Made by a program: the position numbers and the translations under genes. A stretch of 58,726 nucleotides of DNA, taken from the NCBI RefSeq assembly GCF_001194135.2, contig NC_068986.1:64611149-64669874 (forward strand), in the 5' to 3' direction. The first letter of the stretch is position 1; the number at the start of each line of letters is the position of its first letter. The stretch is from Octopus bimaculoides (taxonomy: Eukaryota). The notes beneath the pieces were generated by a model. The model did no database searches. It saw only the letters and a program-made list of their open reading frames with translations, and was not told where the DNA came from. Shown here piece after piece: positions 1 through 12,725 of this stretch.

Positions 1-65
<65 letters not shown>

Positions 66-100
66 CATACATGTGTGCATAATACATGCATGTATGTATA
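1..100. repeat. Compound (AT)n/(ACAT)n microsatellite
   Basis: Direct reading: (AT)n followed by (ACAT)n. Confidence 0.95.
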
Positions 101-1242
101 TATAAACTCTGTTTTATACATTTTTAATTAGTTATTAAATAGTTGTGTTTCGCCGTATATATTTCTATTTATCTATCAAGCTGTTTCTCTATTTACATTT
201 GTATTTTAATTCCTAAGTTATCTAGTATGTGTGTGCGCGCGCGCGTATGTGTGTGTATGTGTATGTCTAACGACTTCTTCTTATCCTCATGTTATTCCTT
301 AAACTCTCTAATCTCGCATTTTGTGGTATCGTCACAACTTTGTTATTATCTGAAGGCTAAAATACAAACACCTGGTTTATCGTTAGACATGTTTCCAAAA
401 TGGTTTTATGTATGAATAACAGCCTATTAAGGAATATTGGCAGGTGCTTAAGGTTTGATGGAAATATTTTGGTGTCCCCAAAGAAATTTCCTCTAATCCA
501 TTTGTCATTCACAAAGTTAAGCGAAGGACACGAGGCACAATGATAGAGTGCCTTGCACGCTTATGGAGTTATGAAGGTTATCAAGTGAGAAAATGAAACA
601 TCAATGCTTCGAAGAAAGTCTTGAACTTCGTCAGTTCTCATTTCTCTTTAGTCATGACTCAAGTTCATTTTATATTTTGTAAAATGTATCACTATTCGTT
701 TATACTGTCCTGGATAAAAAACGAGAATACAAAGAAACTGGTGATGATCTGCACCTACAAAAATTAATCAATAAAAGAGCTGAATAAATTTAATCCTTGC
801 ATCAATCTTTCCACCTCCTCACCACTTTTAATGCGTCCGCTTCGAGTGCAGTCAATGAGCAATGAGACAACTCTTTCTATCTTCCTTACTATCAAGCGAA
901 GACGTAAAGTAGAAGACGTTACTTTCTGTACTGCTCACAATTAGATTTATTGAATTTTTCTATGAACTCTACTATATAAAAACGTTTGATGATATAACTG
1001 ATAATGCTGAGCTTCTATAGTTGTGCACTTGTATCACGATACATATCCACACCCAGTCAGATAGGGTGGGTGGAGGCTGGCACAGATCTACAATATGCGG
1101 TAACCATTTTTTCCGGGCTAGAAGTAAAGCGAGGCACCTTTATTGGTTAAATGTCGTTCTAGTTCTTTCATTCTGTCCTGTTGTTTATAGGCACATCATG
1201 CGTATGCATAATTTCAACCATATGTAAATCACATGTATTTAA

Positions 1243-1472
1243 CAGGCGTGGTTATGTGGTAAGAAGCTTGCTTCCCAACCACATGGTTCCGGGTTCAGTC
1301 TCACTACGTGACACATTTGGTAAGTGTCTTCTGCTATAGCCTCGGGCCGACCAAATCCTTTTGAGCGGAACTTGGTAGACGGAAACAGAAAGAAGCCCCT
1401 CAAGGCATTGCTCCAGCATGGCCGCAGTCAAATAACTGAAACAAGTAAAAGAACGTAAAAGAACAGAAAGAA
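1243..1472 (+). mobile_element. tRNA-derived SINE, family 1 (CORE-like; octopus OR2-like by inference)
   Basis: Head GGCGTGGTTATGTGGTAAG...GGTTCCGGGTTCAGTC, CORE-like GGTAAGTGTCTTC segment, tail CAGCATGGCCGCAGTC..ACTGAAACAAGTAAAAGA. The same motifs recur at 9540, 17465, 37441, 38095, 46765, 51372 and 55552. Confidence 0.85.
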
Positions 1473-3069
1473 CACTGATTATCAAAATATTTTCTGGGCC
1501 TAGTACTAGTTTGCACGTGTCTATTCATGTCTAAAGAACAATAATTCAACTATTAAATTGACGAAATAATCTTTAACTGATCAGTACTACAGCCTGGAAT
1601 TATACCCAATTATGATACATATTTTATATAGAACTGTAATGAGTTACAGCACTGTTCAGGAAACTAAAATGCAACAATTCATGGTGGTGTATGCCTTTAA
1701 ATATACTGAATGTTCTTATTAAGGCAAGACAGCGTGAAAGAGTGAAGCTTATGTCTATGAAGACTTTCTTTTAAATTAAATATAATTATATTACCAATGT
1801 AGATTGCCAATTTTCATTGAGTCAAGTCTGTTTAATGTGTTCACTTTCTCATCGAGTAATTTGTCTTCAGATAAACATTTAATTGCTATTTTCCGACTAC
1901 TGTCAATAGCCTAGTGATGAATGAGTTCCACCATGTAGAACTAACATTAAATATAACCAAAATAGAAGGAATTTTATTATAAACTTTGTTCAATTCTTGG
2001 AGGAAGATAGTTCATTCTGATAGATTAAGGAAAAGCATAAACATCATAGCGTGTTTAGTAGTAAAATATGTAAAGTAATACTTCATCGTGCTAAAATTTG
2101 ATGAATTATGATTATTATTTTTTTAATCTTCATTAATCCAGCTCAGTAATGTACCAGTAATTAACCCGTCAGCTGTGAACCGTTTATTCCTTTACTTGGT
2201 TCTCTTTTGGTGTTGTGCATGTTGACGCACCACCTTCAAGGGATTTTGTCGACCATATCGGCTCTAGTAATTGTTTCAATCTAATATTTATTTTATTGAT
2301 CCATAATTGTCGAGCTGGTAAGTTACCTTTTGACATAGCATCGGTTTATAACTGGTGGTGTTGTATCATGCACAGACAAACTCACATGCACACATGTCCT
2401 TATACATATACATACACACATATGACAGATTACCGCACTGTTTCCACGAAGCAAATTCAACTCATATGATATTGATGTATTGTAAACGATACTACTTGCC
2501 CACGGTTCTGTGCAATATGATCAAACCTGGAACCCAGTGGTTGCAAAGCAAATTTCTTATCCACACCACCATACCTGCACTAATGTATCTAAAATTAAGG
2601 TACTTAACAATCGTGGCAGGATCTATCTAATTGTAAAGAAGCACCCTTTCTAGATACATCTTACTGCTGTACCAACAAGTGCAAATAGTATACAAAATGA
2701 ATATCCTTCATTAACAAGAAGTGCTAAGATCAAATCCTGCTATGGAACAAAAATCTTGCTAACGAACAAAAATCTCGAATCATCAAGAACATTAGTGGTT
2801 CAAAGTTTCTGCAACATATTCAGCAGTAAATGGCAACATTAAGTAACTACAATCATAGCAATGTTAGGAAAATACTAAGCAAACGAACGACAAAAACACT
2901 CGAGGGACATTCTATGTTGTTACTCGATTTGTGAGAAACAGTTTCTAAACTTCCATCAAATAACGCTCTACTTTCTTAATAGAGTACTGTACCTGCAAAA
3001 AAGATAGGACGGGCACAATTGGAACGTTGTTGATAATAAGTTTGCTCAACAACTTTAACAACCACAAAC

Positions 3070-3170
3070 AGGAGCTGCAAGAAATATCGATCAAATCGTC
3101 CTCAAATCACACCCTACCATCTTAATCAAGAAAAGGACACAATGGACAACATAATTAAAATAAACCCTAA
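3070..3170 (+). mobile_element. Fragment of an old dispersed repeat (retroposon with (CAA)n tail)
   Basis: CAAATCACACCCTACCATCTT..AAGAAAAGGACAC motif shared with 25460, 30510, 33000 and 53625. Confidence 0.55.
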
Positions 3171-3931
3171 CAGGTGTGATGATGACAAGTGGATTGCTTT
3201 TAATCTAGTTGTCATCTGGGGATAACAAACGCTAGACAGCCATAAAAAACAAAAGCAACAATAAACAGAAAATAGCAATTAAATAAAGAAAATAATTTCG
3301 TGCTGTAAACTAATGAAGAAAAGGTTTTTGAACTTACCTCCAGTTAAAAACAACAGTATGTCAGTTGCTATTTAATATTGATGAATATTTGGCAATAAAA
3401 TGTTGACTTTCAAGCAAAATCTAGAAGCTTCAGTCAATCACAGAAATGAAACGTACTATTCCATTCAATTTGTATATTTACGATAGTTTCCGTCGTTTGT
3501 AGATAGAGGAAACTAATTATTTGTTCCTGTTTTACAACTCGTTGTGATTTTACTGAACGAACTAATAAGTGCGTTACTCTGCAAGGGCTTCTCTAGATAG
3601 AATAACGTAGTATACAATCTTCGCATAACTTTTGGATTGAGAACAAATCTGGAGTGGTTCTCTCTTCTCTGTTTTTCAGAATGAGCTACAATCGGCCAAG
3701 TTGCTACTGCCGGTTGACCGCAATCAACAGTAGCAACAACAACGACAATAAAAACAGTAGCAGTATTAACTACAACGACAAGAACAGGATATTCAAGTGT
3801 TTGAAAGTCGAGAGTTTTCCTGTTGAGGTGCTGGTTAGACTATGTTTTTCAGCACATTTACACACACACACACAAACACACGTACACGCATAATCACACA
3901 CACATACACGTGTATATATGTGTACGCATGT

Positions 3932-4015
3932 NNNNNNNNNNNNNNNNNNNNNNNNNNNNNNNNNNNNNNNNNNNNNNNNNNNNNNNNNNNNNNNNNNNNN
4001 NNNNNNNNNNNNNNN
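3932..4015. other. Assembly gap (others: 10176-10734, 12726-12959, 14775-15417, 20326-21129, 25341-25419, 42544-42703, 51869-52539)
   Basis: Runs of N; most are flanked by (CA)n or (AT)n tracts. Confidence 0.99.
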
Positions 4016-4052
<37 letters not shown>

Positions 4053-4809
4053 GCGTGTATATTAATCTTTATGTTTATATTCATATTGTATGTCTATAAA
4101 TGTATGGGTGTATGTGTGTATATTTTTCGTGTACGGTAAGACTGAAACTGGATATTATAAGACCTGGAAGACAGTCCATATCTCCATTATTACTTTTACG
4201 CGGTTTCTTAGAATGGTTTCATATGTTTGTAAATGACTCTGCAAGTCGAAGGAGTTTGTATTCTGAAGGAAACACTGCACTCTCTCTATGGCCAAGCTTC
4301 TTGACTCTTACATGCATAGTTCACCTAAGTTAAGTAGGTTCTGTAATTAGGTGTATGTAACCTACTAACAGCACTGTCAAAGGCACTAGGTATTATGATT
4401 TTTTAACAAATAAAGTGGGGAAATTTAGAAGTTATTATGCTTTTCCGAACGATAAGTAAGAAGAATTTAAGAGCTAATGACTATTTCATTACATTTTATC
4501 ATTTAAATCAGACCGTGAATTAGTAGGGGAAGGGGGTCTTGTAATTTATAAATAATCCAGTACATTGGATAGTACTTATTCTATATTAGCCAAGGAGTAA
4601 GGTGATACAAAAATCGAATCTAGTGGGACGAGAACATAAAGACACTGAACTAAATACTTTTAGGTAAAAAGTCTTTCACCAAGTAATTAGTAATCACTAA
4701 TTACAAAATATGGTTGAGTTGTTGCTGAGTCATAGGTTTGTCTTTCGTGGATTCCAATTATTGATATTTCCTTTTGTTTTTTAAAACAATAAGATGCAAT
4801 TTCAAGAAA

Positions 4810-4960
4810 CTTTGGTTACTATCTACTATGTCTAACAGGTCGAGCGACTACTTAAAGGATCCTTCGTTGACTTATGGAGATGGCGGAATTGTTGTTGCTG
4901 TTGTTATGTAGTTCCAGGTGAACTATGATGGAGTGTCCCAGGCACACCAGTAGCTGACCG
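4810..4960 (-). mobile_element. Degraded copy of the (CAA)n-tailed old retroposon
   Basis: CAGGTCGAGCGACTAC (reverse complement of the 5' part) and TTGTTGTTGCTGTTGTTATGTAGTTCCAGG (reverse complement of the tail). Confidence 0.45.
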
Positions 4961-5470
4961 AACGACGAATCGCAATCCAAACTGCAGTCTAGGCAGAGGG
5001 TGCGTATTTAATATTTTGTGTTTTTGCTTTCCCTTGTGTAAGTTTTGATGGTTGATCTCCGAGAAATGTCTTATAAAAGTGTTGCAGTGTGAATATTTTG
5101 CAACTGTTATTGCGACATGGAATCTGGCGTCCTCGTTGTTGGTATCACTTATGATAATGAAATATTTACGTTGGTGAAAGTAATGGCGAATTCTGAACAG
5201 CTTGATTCTATATTTTGGAGCAATTAATTCCATTGTGCTTTTTCGAAGTTTGTAAAAGTATTTTTCCTTTCTTCATTGATGTACTAGTGTGAAGTGATGA
5301 TTATATTTAAGAGAGTAGGGTAGTATTTCAGGAAGGTTTATCAGCAATATATTACAGGTCGAGTGTTTGCGTGGAGTGAAGGTTTTTCAAATAGCTCCAG
5401 ATAGTAGAATAGTTACAAATGTGAGAAATCCTGAGAAGATATTTTATATTATCTAGATTTGGTGAACTCA
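4960..5470 (-). mobile_element. Non-LTR retrotransposon relic, AP-endonuclease C-terminus and linker (Jockey/I group-like)
   Basis: Minus frame TLLNIIITSH*YINEERKNTFTNFEKAQWN resembles the post-endonuclease SDH.PI...ERRTF.NF.KA.W motif; later PSKLTQGKAK resembles A.K.IP.GK. Many stops. Confidence 0.5.
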
Positions 5471-6059
5471 AAATTCTCTCTGGAGAACTCAGCACCCCTT
5501 CCCCCCAAAAAACTACACATATATCACAAACAGAAGACGAATACGTTGAGGCTCAATATAAATTTTTTTACATAAAATACAGTATAAATTTATAGTAACT
5601 ACAAACAAGACATCGGATTTCGAAAGGAAAGAAAATGATGTGTAGTATTCACATCCTTCTACTTATTTTAGATGAGTAAGTAATTTGGAATATTTTAAAA
5701 TGAGGATCCAAGTAAGGTTGGGAAGTCTCAGTTCCTTGCTGTATGTTGCCGCTAATTCTACAGAGCTCGAAAAATAAACTTTTTAAAAAGATGTGTATAT
5801 AGATATATCAATTAATAGTCTATTTTTCCAAAGTATAATTTTAGGAGGTAACAAAAATTTTGTTTCAAGAGGAACAAAAACGCATTTCTGGGTAATTGTA
5901 GAACTTTAATTTCAAATGAGTTTTTATAATTTTTCTATTACGTCCAGAATTTGTGAAACTAAACTATTTTGTGCTCATAAAGATCAATTCATAGTCTTAC
6001 GTCTTTTCATGTGACAGAGCAGACGTATCATCTGACACATCCTAATTACTTTTTCAGAT

Positions 6060-7090
6060 CTTCTGTGATGATAAAATAGACACACTTGCATACACCAAGC
6101 AGACAAATTTATGTTTGTGGGCAATGTACGCCAATAAAGAAACAGCAACAACTTGATCTGCTACCTTGCAGCAATTTTGTTGAAAAGTATGAGTCCAAAA
6201 ATGGGACATATTTGTTGTGTATTGTGCAATTTCTATTAAAAGCTTTGATAATGATTTAATGTGAACCTACGAATCACTATGGTGATTATTATTTTTATAT
6301 GTCAGAGACAGCTGGTTTCACAAAGAGAAGAAATTAAAGACCAACTGCCTAAACTATCAACCAACCCCACAAACGAGTATCACATGATGAAGCAAACCCA
6401 CCAGTTTCACTAACAACAATCACAGACAGCAGTTATTCTGAAGATTCAGCTTGTGATATGATATAGAAACAGCAGAGACAAGCCCTTGTGTTCAAGTTGC
6501 ATCTAATTCTCAAATCTACTGACTAGAGTTAAATGACTTAGTGAGCGATTTGAAAATAACATTTGAAAAAGTAAAGAGTAACACGATATTTTCCTATTTT
6601 CACCATCGTCCTATGAAGTATTCATCATTTTATTTCCAGGAGAAAGGTATTTAGTTCTGCTGCGATAGCAGTAATCTGATGCGAGATATTGGCTATGACT
6701 ATAATCCCGAAGAAGTTTATAGTTGCCTTTCTACACAATGCTAATAAGAAACTTTCAATAATTTTAATAAAACGCTCCTGGCCTTAATGGGATTACCAAT
6801 GTTCATCAAATGCAAGGAGCACATATAGAATATTGATGGTAACTTTATAGTTATTTTATTACATCTAGAAGTACTCAATGCTAATGTATTTTTCGTATCT
6901 CGAAAATAACAGGAATTATCGGAATAACTATTTAGAGCTGAACATGTTGATAGTAGATATGATGTGGATCACCGCTTAATCCTTTGAAAATATATATTCC
7001 ATCATTTCCCATTAAACGTCATAACCTCATAAAGCGTATGGTTCATCAAGATAGTGTTTTTCGATATTTTAAGGAAAGTGTTATAAAATG
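6060..7090 (+). mobile_element. Chapaev-3-like (CMC) DNA transposase relic
   Basis: Ordered degenerate motifs: IYVCGQCT (FCYVCGQF), EPTNHYGDYYF (WREPTNH..DCYFC), RVSHDE, ELNDLVSDL, FCCDSSNLMRDIGYDYNPEE, MVHQD (ERFHQD). Stops, frameshifts and internal deletions. Family name assigned from my recollection of the motif set. Confidence 0.75.
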
Positions 7091-7981
7091 GCAGAATCAA
7101 TAGAACGTTGGTGTTTATTTATGTGCTTCTACGCTATGAGTTCAATTCCGGCTAATTTCACCTTTCATTCTTCCAAGGACGCTGAAGTGCAAGGAGATAG
7201 AATGGTAGCAATTTCGGTAGAGCGTTGGCATTCGGTTATTTTACATTATGAGTTCAATACCGGCTACATAAAAACGAGTACTAGGATCAATTACAGAGAC
7301 TATGTACCTTCCCTCAAATGTTCGGTTATGTAGCTTCGAAATCATTATTGAAAAAGGAATCATGCCAACAAAATTGCGAGAACACTTGCTCTTCATTAAA
7401 TATGAACTATTTGCAGATGATATTAGAATACTTCAATATATGTTGTGAGGCTTATATACAACCAATTTGTCCTCTATCTTCCAGTTTATTCTAATTATTA
7501 CTGAAAAATTATTTTCGTTTTGACATCTCTTTAAAAAGCTTTCTTAGATATGTCTTAACTTAAGAGAAATTGGAGATTAGCTTGAGACTGGCTTATAAAA
7601 GAAACAACAATAATACTTAGGAGATAAATTTACTGATATAAATTGTTCTAAGTAGATGAAGTGTTCAATATAGTTGTAAATAAGTCCATTGATGTTGAAA
7701 TCTACGTCGGAAGAAGTGAGGCAACGTACTGAAACAACTGAAATGGCTTTCGTTACAATCCCATAACCGACGTTGAAAATAGGACACTTTTTCTAGTTAT
7801 AAATAACTGGTAAATATATTGCTGTTGTTACTTAAACCTACGTTAGCTCTATGGAACACACTTATGGTCAACGCCATTTCAAATCTGTGTATCCCGTCTT
7901 GTTTTTTTTTGGGCGTAATGTGTCTAAGACTACAATGTCCAATACATGATTTTGTCTTCCTAATTAATGGCTTGGTGAACT

Positions 7982-8025
7982 GTGTGTGTGTGCGTGTGTG
8001 TATGTGTATGTGTGTATGTATGTAT

Positions 8026-8103
<78 letters not shown>

Positions 8104-8110
8104 AAGAGAG
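7982..8110. repeat. (GT)n + (GA)n compound microsatellite
   Basis: Direct reading. Confidence 0.95.
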
Positions 8111-8700
8111 AAATATTTGGTTATTTTTGGCAACTTGAAGTCGAATGACCTCAGGAAAGTTCATGAAGCAATATTTCAATGTTATGGTAGTAAGACAGAC
8201 ACTGTATAACTGTATATAACTGCCAAGTGTTACAAGTTATGCTGTGTTTAGGAAGATGTTAAAGGAGTTTTAACGAACAAGGAGAGATACGACAAGCTGA
8301 GAGGGATTTGTTTGAAAATGAAATTGGTCCACTGGGTGAAGAAGTAGAATTTGATGAACTGCTACCAGTTGTGGAATACAAAGAATTAGTACCTTTAATG
8401 ACTTCAATAAAAGTAAGTAAATGTAAAATAATAGAATATAAATATGATGCTAATAGAGAGAAAAAGTGGAAATAAAAAGATCAAAAACTGCATATAAAAA
8501 CATTCAAAACATTTAAAATGGTACTGCTTGAGAGTGGGGCTCAATGCAGCTATTTCATTATCATTAATTTTGTACATTTTATACATTTCATGTCATCCGT
8601 TTTAGGTTTTTGTCCCCACTGTGGTATTGTGTATGTTCTTGTATTGTCCCCTCTGTGTTAGAGCCTAAGTGCCTGTTATAAAGAATAAAATATTATTAAC
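8110..8700 (+). mobile_element. Possible highly decayed L1/Tx1-like LINE 3' end
   Basis: Short coding-like stretch followed by a T-rich segment ending TTGTATTGTCCCCTCTGTG..AAAGAATAAAA, similar in style to the 3' end at ~22600. Confidence 0.3.
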
Positions 8701-9108
8701 ACACGCACTAGTTTCATTTCAATCCTTTATTATTAGTCAGATGGTTAAATATCCAACTAACTAATCGACTGTTGGTTTAATTTGGTTAAACAGTAAGTCT
8801 TTTGATTTGTTTTTGTGTGTCAAAGCTCTTTCGTTGCTGCTTGCAACCTTTTCAATGACTTAGGCTCTGATCTAGAAGATCCTTGGTGAACGACATTCCT
8901 TCTATGAGCTTCACAAAGGATTTTTTTCTCTAACAGAGGGCCAAAATATCCAATATGTCTTTCCACTTTTCAAGCCGATAAGATATATAATATAAGAAGC
9001 TGCTCTTTCTAGCTGGTCAAACGGTCACACAGAAAATGGAGAAATATTGATGAACAACAATTGACTTACATTACCATTTATTAATTAAATACAAATAGAC
9101 TGCACCCC

Positions 9109-9212
9109 ATCTAACAGCTGTTTCTGTTGTATGATATTGCCATTGATATGCTAAAAAATATTTATCATATTTGGTAATAAAACCGATCTGAAACAGAGCT
9201 TCATCAGAGTGA
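9109..9212 (-). ncRNA. Degenerate hammerhead-ribozyme-like motif
   Basis: Minus strand CTGATGA (9207-9201), 76-nt spacer containing a TATGATA/TATCATA pair, then GAAAC-AGCT-GTT-AGA with the ACAGCTGT palindrome. Stem I is imperfect. Confidence 0.45.
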
Positions 9213-9252
9213 AGAATAAATAAAAAGAAGAGCTTAGAGAAAAAGAAGTTGA

Positions 9253-9301
<49 letters not shown>

Positions 9302-9539
9302 CACAGACACACACACATGTATATATATGCACGACATCACCAACGGTGCAAATAACATGAAATACGTAAACAAACGAGTTAAATACGTAAACAACTAGAA
9401 CACAGAGAAAGGACCCTTTGTCACTTGTCGGCTGTCTATCTACTCCTCATTTCAAGCATTCAACAACAATATAAGACTTCAAAGACAGTTGCTCCCATAA
9501 ACCTGTATATCTATGAAAGGCAGGATGTGTGTGTGTGTT

Positions 9540-9590
9540 CTGAGTTCAGTCCCACTGCGTGGCACCTTGGGCAAGTGTCTTCTACTATAA
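9540..9590 (+). mobile_element. SINE family 1 fragment
   Basis: GTTCAGTCCCACTGCGTGGCACCTTGGGCAAGTGTCTTCTACTATA. Confidence 0.8.
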
Positions 9591-9933
9591 CATACATACA
9601 TATATATATGTATGTATGTTTGTATGTATGTATGTATGTCCCTTTCGAAACCACCACCCCATCATCTAAGTCCCCTTAGCCCATGGGTTGGGATCCCTTC
9701 CAGTAAGGAAAAGAGAACGCCCAAAAGGCCTCCCGATCCTCTGTGTCAGAAGAGGCTATGTTCGGATCACAACTAAGCCTTAACCTAAGCCTAAGTTGCT
9801 CCCATAAATTCTAATATAACATTTAGGACTTATGGAGGCTATATACACGTATATTTACTAATCAGTAGTTCATATATCCGACAAAGAAGCACACTCTAAA
9901 ATTAGACCAATAAAATATTTACTCTTAAGGTTG

Positions 9934-10076
9934 TTACGGCTGGTCAGAGAATGACCATTGATGTTATACCTACAAAGCGCTAAGCTGCATAGGCGAATGT
10001 TCAGTCTGAAGAGTCACCTATACAGCTTTACGCTTTGTAGATGCGAAACCAATGGTCACTTTCTGACTAGCCATAA
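9934..10076. repeat. 143-bp foldback palindrome (MITE-like)
   Basis: Left arm TTACGGCTGGTCAGAGAATGACCATTG...CTACAAAGCGCTAAGCTGCATAGG is the imperfect reverse complement of right arm CCTATACAGCTTTACGCTTTGTAG...CAATGGTCACTTTCTGACTAGCCATAA; essentially no loop. Confidence 0.9.
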
Positions 10077-10083
10077 AAACTTT

Positions 10084-10114
<31 letters not shown>

Positions 10115-10120
10115 ACACAT

Positions 10121-10152
<32 letters not shown>

Positions 10153-10734
10153 ACACACACACACACACGCACATGNNNNNNNNNNNNNNNNNNNNNNNNN
10201 NNNNNNNNNNNNNNNNNNNNNNNNNNNNNNNNNNNNNNNNNNNNNNNNNNNNNNNNNNNNNNNNNNNNNNNNNNNNNNNNNNNNNNNNNNNNNNNNNNNN
10301 NNNNNNNNNNNNNNNNNNNNNNNNNNNNNNNNNNNNNNNNNNNNNNNNNNNNNNNNNNNNNNNNNNNNNNNNNNNNNNNNNNNNNNNNNNNNNNNNNNNN
10401 NNNNNNNNNNNNNNNNNNNNNNNNNNNNNNNNNNNNNNNNNNNNNNNNNNNNNNNNNNNNNNNNNNNNNNNNNNNNNNNNNNNNNNNNNNNNNNNNNNNN
10501 NNNNNNNNNNNNNNNNNNNNNNNNNNNNNNNNNNNNNNNNNNNNNNNNNNNNNNNNNNNNNNNNNNNNNNNNNNNNNNNNNNNNNNNNNNNNNNNNNNNN
10601 NNNNNNNNNNNNNNNNNNNNNNNNNNNNNNNNNNNNNNNNNNNNNNNNNNNNNNNNNNNNNNNNNNNNNNNNNNNNNNNNNNNNNNNNNNNNNNNNNNNN
10701 NNNNNNNNNNNNNNNNNNNNNNNNNNNNNNNNNN

Positions 10735-10995
10735 GCAGGGGATGGTGACGAACCCTGCTGTACTCTTTCACCACAACTTTCTCTCACTCTTACTTCCTGT
10801 TTCTGTTGTACCTGTAAGTCAAAGGGCCAACCTTGTCACACTGTGTCACGCTGAATATCTCCGAGAACTACGTTAAGGGTACACGTGTCTGTGGAGTGCT
10901 CAGCCACTTGTACGTTAATTTCACGAGCAGGCTGTTCCGTTGATCAGATCAACTGGAACCCTCGACGTCGTATGCGACGGAGTGCCAACAACAAC
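10735..10995 (+). mobile_element. tRNA-derived SINE family 3, 3' part, with (CAA)n tail
   Basis: GTGCTCAGCCACTTGTACGTTAATTTCACGAGCAGGCTGTTCCGTTGATC is shared with the reverse copy at 18295-18600. The 5' end is lost in the gap. Confidence 0.8.
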
Positions 10996-10999
10996 AATA

Positions 11000-12160
11000 T
11001 GGGTTTCTATATTGTGCTGTTAGTATCTGTTTGTATCTGTATCTCATTCCCCCCCCCCCATTATGTCTTTAGTCATCATGTTGCGTAGTGTGGTGGTAGT
11101 GGGTTGTATTGCTCCATTCATATTTTTTGTTGAGGCTCGGTCTGTCTATTACTATGTGTATGGCCTCTGTGATCTGTCTAAATGACGTGTCTGTTCTATG
11201 CGTCGATAATACCTTAACATCTATCTTATTAACTGAGCCTCTATGTTCTAATTGTGCATGTTGGTAGAGCACTGAAGAAATGTTCTCCCCCTTTAAGCTC
11301 TCGCCAGTGGTCACCTCTCCTCTCCCCTATGCTACGTGCCGCATCACCAATGTAAATTGTCTTGTTTCTGCACCATCCCTCGGTACACCGTATGCCTTAG
11401 ACTACTTTCCTAATCTTACAGTTAATCTGTGGATTCATCCTACATGCTTATACCGTTATTCTCCGTACATGGGTGCCTTTCGAATGGACATGTTCTACAG
11501 ATCAGGGATTTTATGGGGTTCCTGGCCTTTCTACTACTTTGATCCGTAGATTTACCTTATCTAATGCTCTCCGAAAAAGATATGCTAGTTCGCCGCCAGG
11601 GGTAACACTAACGAACATGACACTCTGGTATTTTTGGTTGTCATACCATAAGTTAGCCCTATATATCTTCTTGGTACTTCTATGCTGTTTCAGGATTTAC
11701 TCCTGTATAATGTGCAAATCCCATTTGTATCATTCTCTAAGATGGCCTTGTATTTAGCGGTGGCTCCTTTGTACACTCTAATCCTGTCACTTTGGCTGTA
11801 GCCAGAGAACTGCATGCAGTGGATGAAGTGTTGTATGTGTATTTTCCAAACCCGTTGGGTCGCATATGCGCGACTCATTTCTCATCATTCACATCTAGTC
11901 TGCTATTAGGATATTGAACTTAGCATTGTCCGCAATAGCTACGTACTTGTGAACCAGGTATTTAGAGGCCATGGGTTTGGCATAGTGGGAATGAAGGCTC
12001 TAGATCTTATCATTCTTAGTTTAGAACCAAAGCCTATAGTTTGGGTACTTGCTAGGGTACTTTAATATTCTAGTGGATGGAGTTAGCTATTTGCTGGATG
12101 CCTTGTGGGGGTGCTTTCGCCACTATGTTATCATCCACAAAGCAGGAGTACATGGTTTGA
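11000..12160 (-). mobile_element. Penelope-like element fragment: RT C-terminus/thumb, linker and GIY-YIG endonuclease
   Basis: Minus translation HYAKPMASKYLVH, SGYSQSDR..LYRSK, SVMFVSVTPG..IKVVERPG, C..RKVV*GIRC...IYIGDAARSIGER..DH, SVLYQHA..RQITEAIHI..PSLNKKYEW. Stops and frameshifts. Confidence 0.85.
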
Positions 12161-12669
12161 AAAATAGATAAATAAATAAAATAGATAAATAAGAAAGGGC
12201 ATGGATAAAACAATATAGGAAGCAAATCCAAATATACACACACAAACTACACATACAAAACACACAGAGAAGCGTACACACGCACACACACACACACGCC
12301 CGCACGTGCGCGCGCACGCGCTCACACACACACAAAGGATACACTCCATTGAAAGATAGAATGTACTAAACAGAACAGGAGAAGACACGTAGGATGAGAA
12401 GTCACTGAAGAAGTCAGGTGTGTGACGAAAGATTTCCAGACAATGGACATACAATAAGAACAATAATAAACAAGTGAAGCTCGAATATATAGTGCGTCTG
12501 TTTAATTGGCAAAACAAAAATGATCATCCCGAAACATAACAATATATATATTATATTACATTTATATATAAATCGTTACTAATCTAAACAAGAAACAAAA
12601 GAAATAAATGAAGCTGAAAACGTACAGAGAATATGTAAATACATACATACATGCATACACACACATACA

Positions 12670-12725
<56 letters not shown>

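Noticed and set aside
1252-1485. 77-aa minus ORF
   Set aside because: Antisense translation of a SINE.
3339-3368. 30-nt minus micro-exon candidate TDILLFLTG, resembling DEAH helicase motif IV
   Set aside because: Weak acceptor, too short to be significant, and no other helicase exons found.
4904-5233. 109-aa minus ORF
   Set aside because: It lies within a LINE endonuclease relic and runs into a retroposon remnant.
8250-8416. Acidic open stretch ending in GTAAGT
   Set aside because: The nearest acceptor gives stops in all frames; more likely decayed LINE.
9071-9190. Minus-strand exon-like frame IGFITKYDKYFLAYQWQY
   Set aside because: It overlaps an HHR-like repeat relic, has no recognisable homology, and a stop follows immediately.
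9958-10854. Long ORFs spanning N runs (also 14589-15528, 20145-21233, 51747-52659)
   Set aside because: Artefacts of translating gaps and microsatellites.
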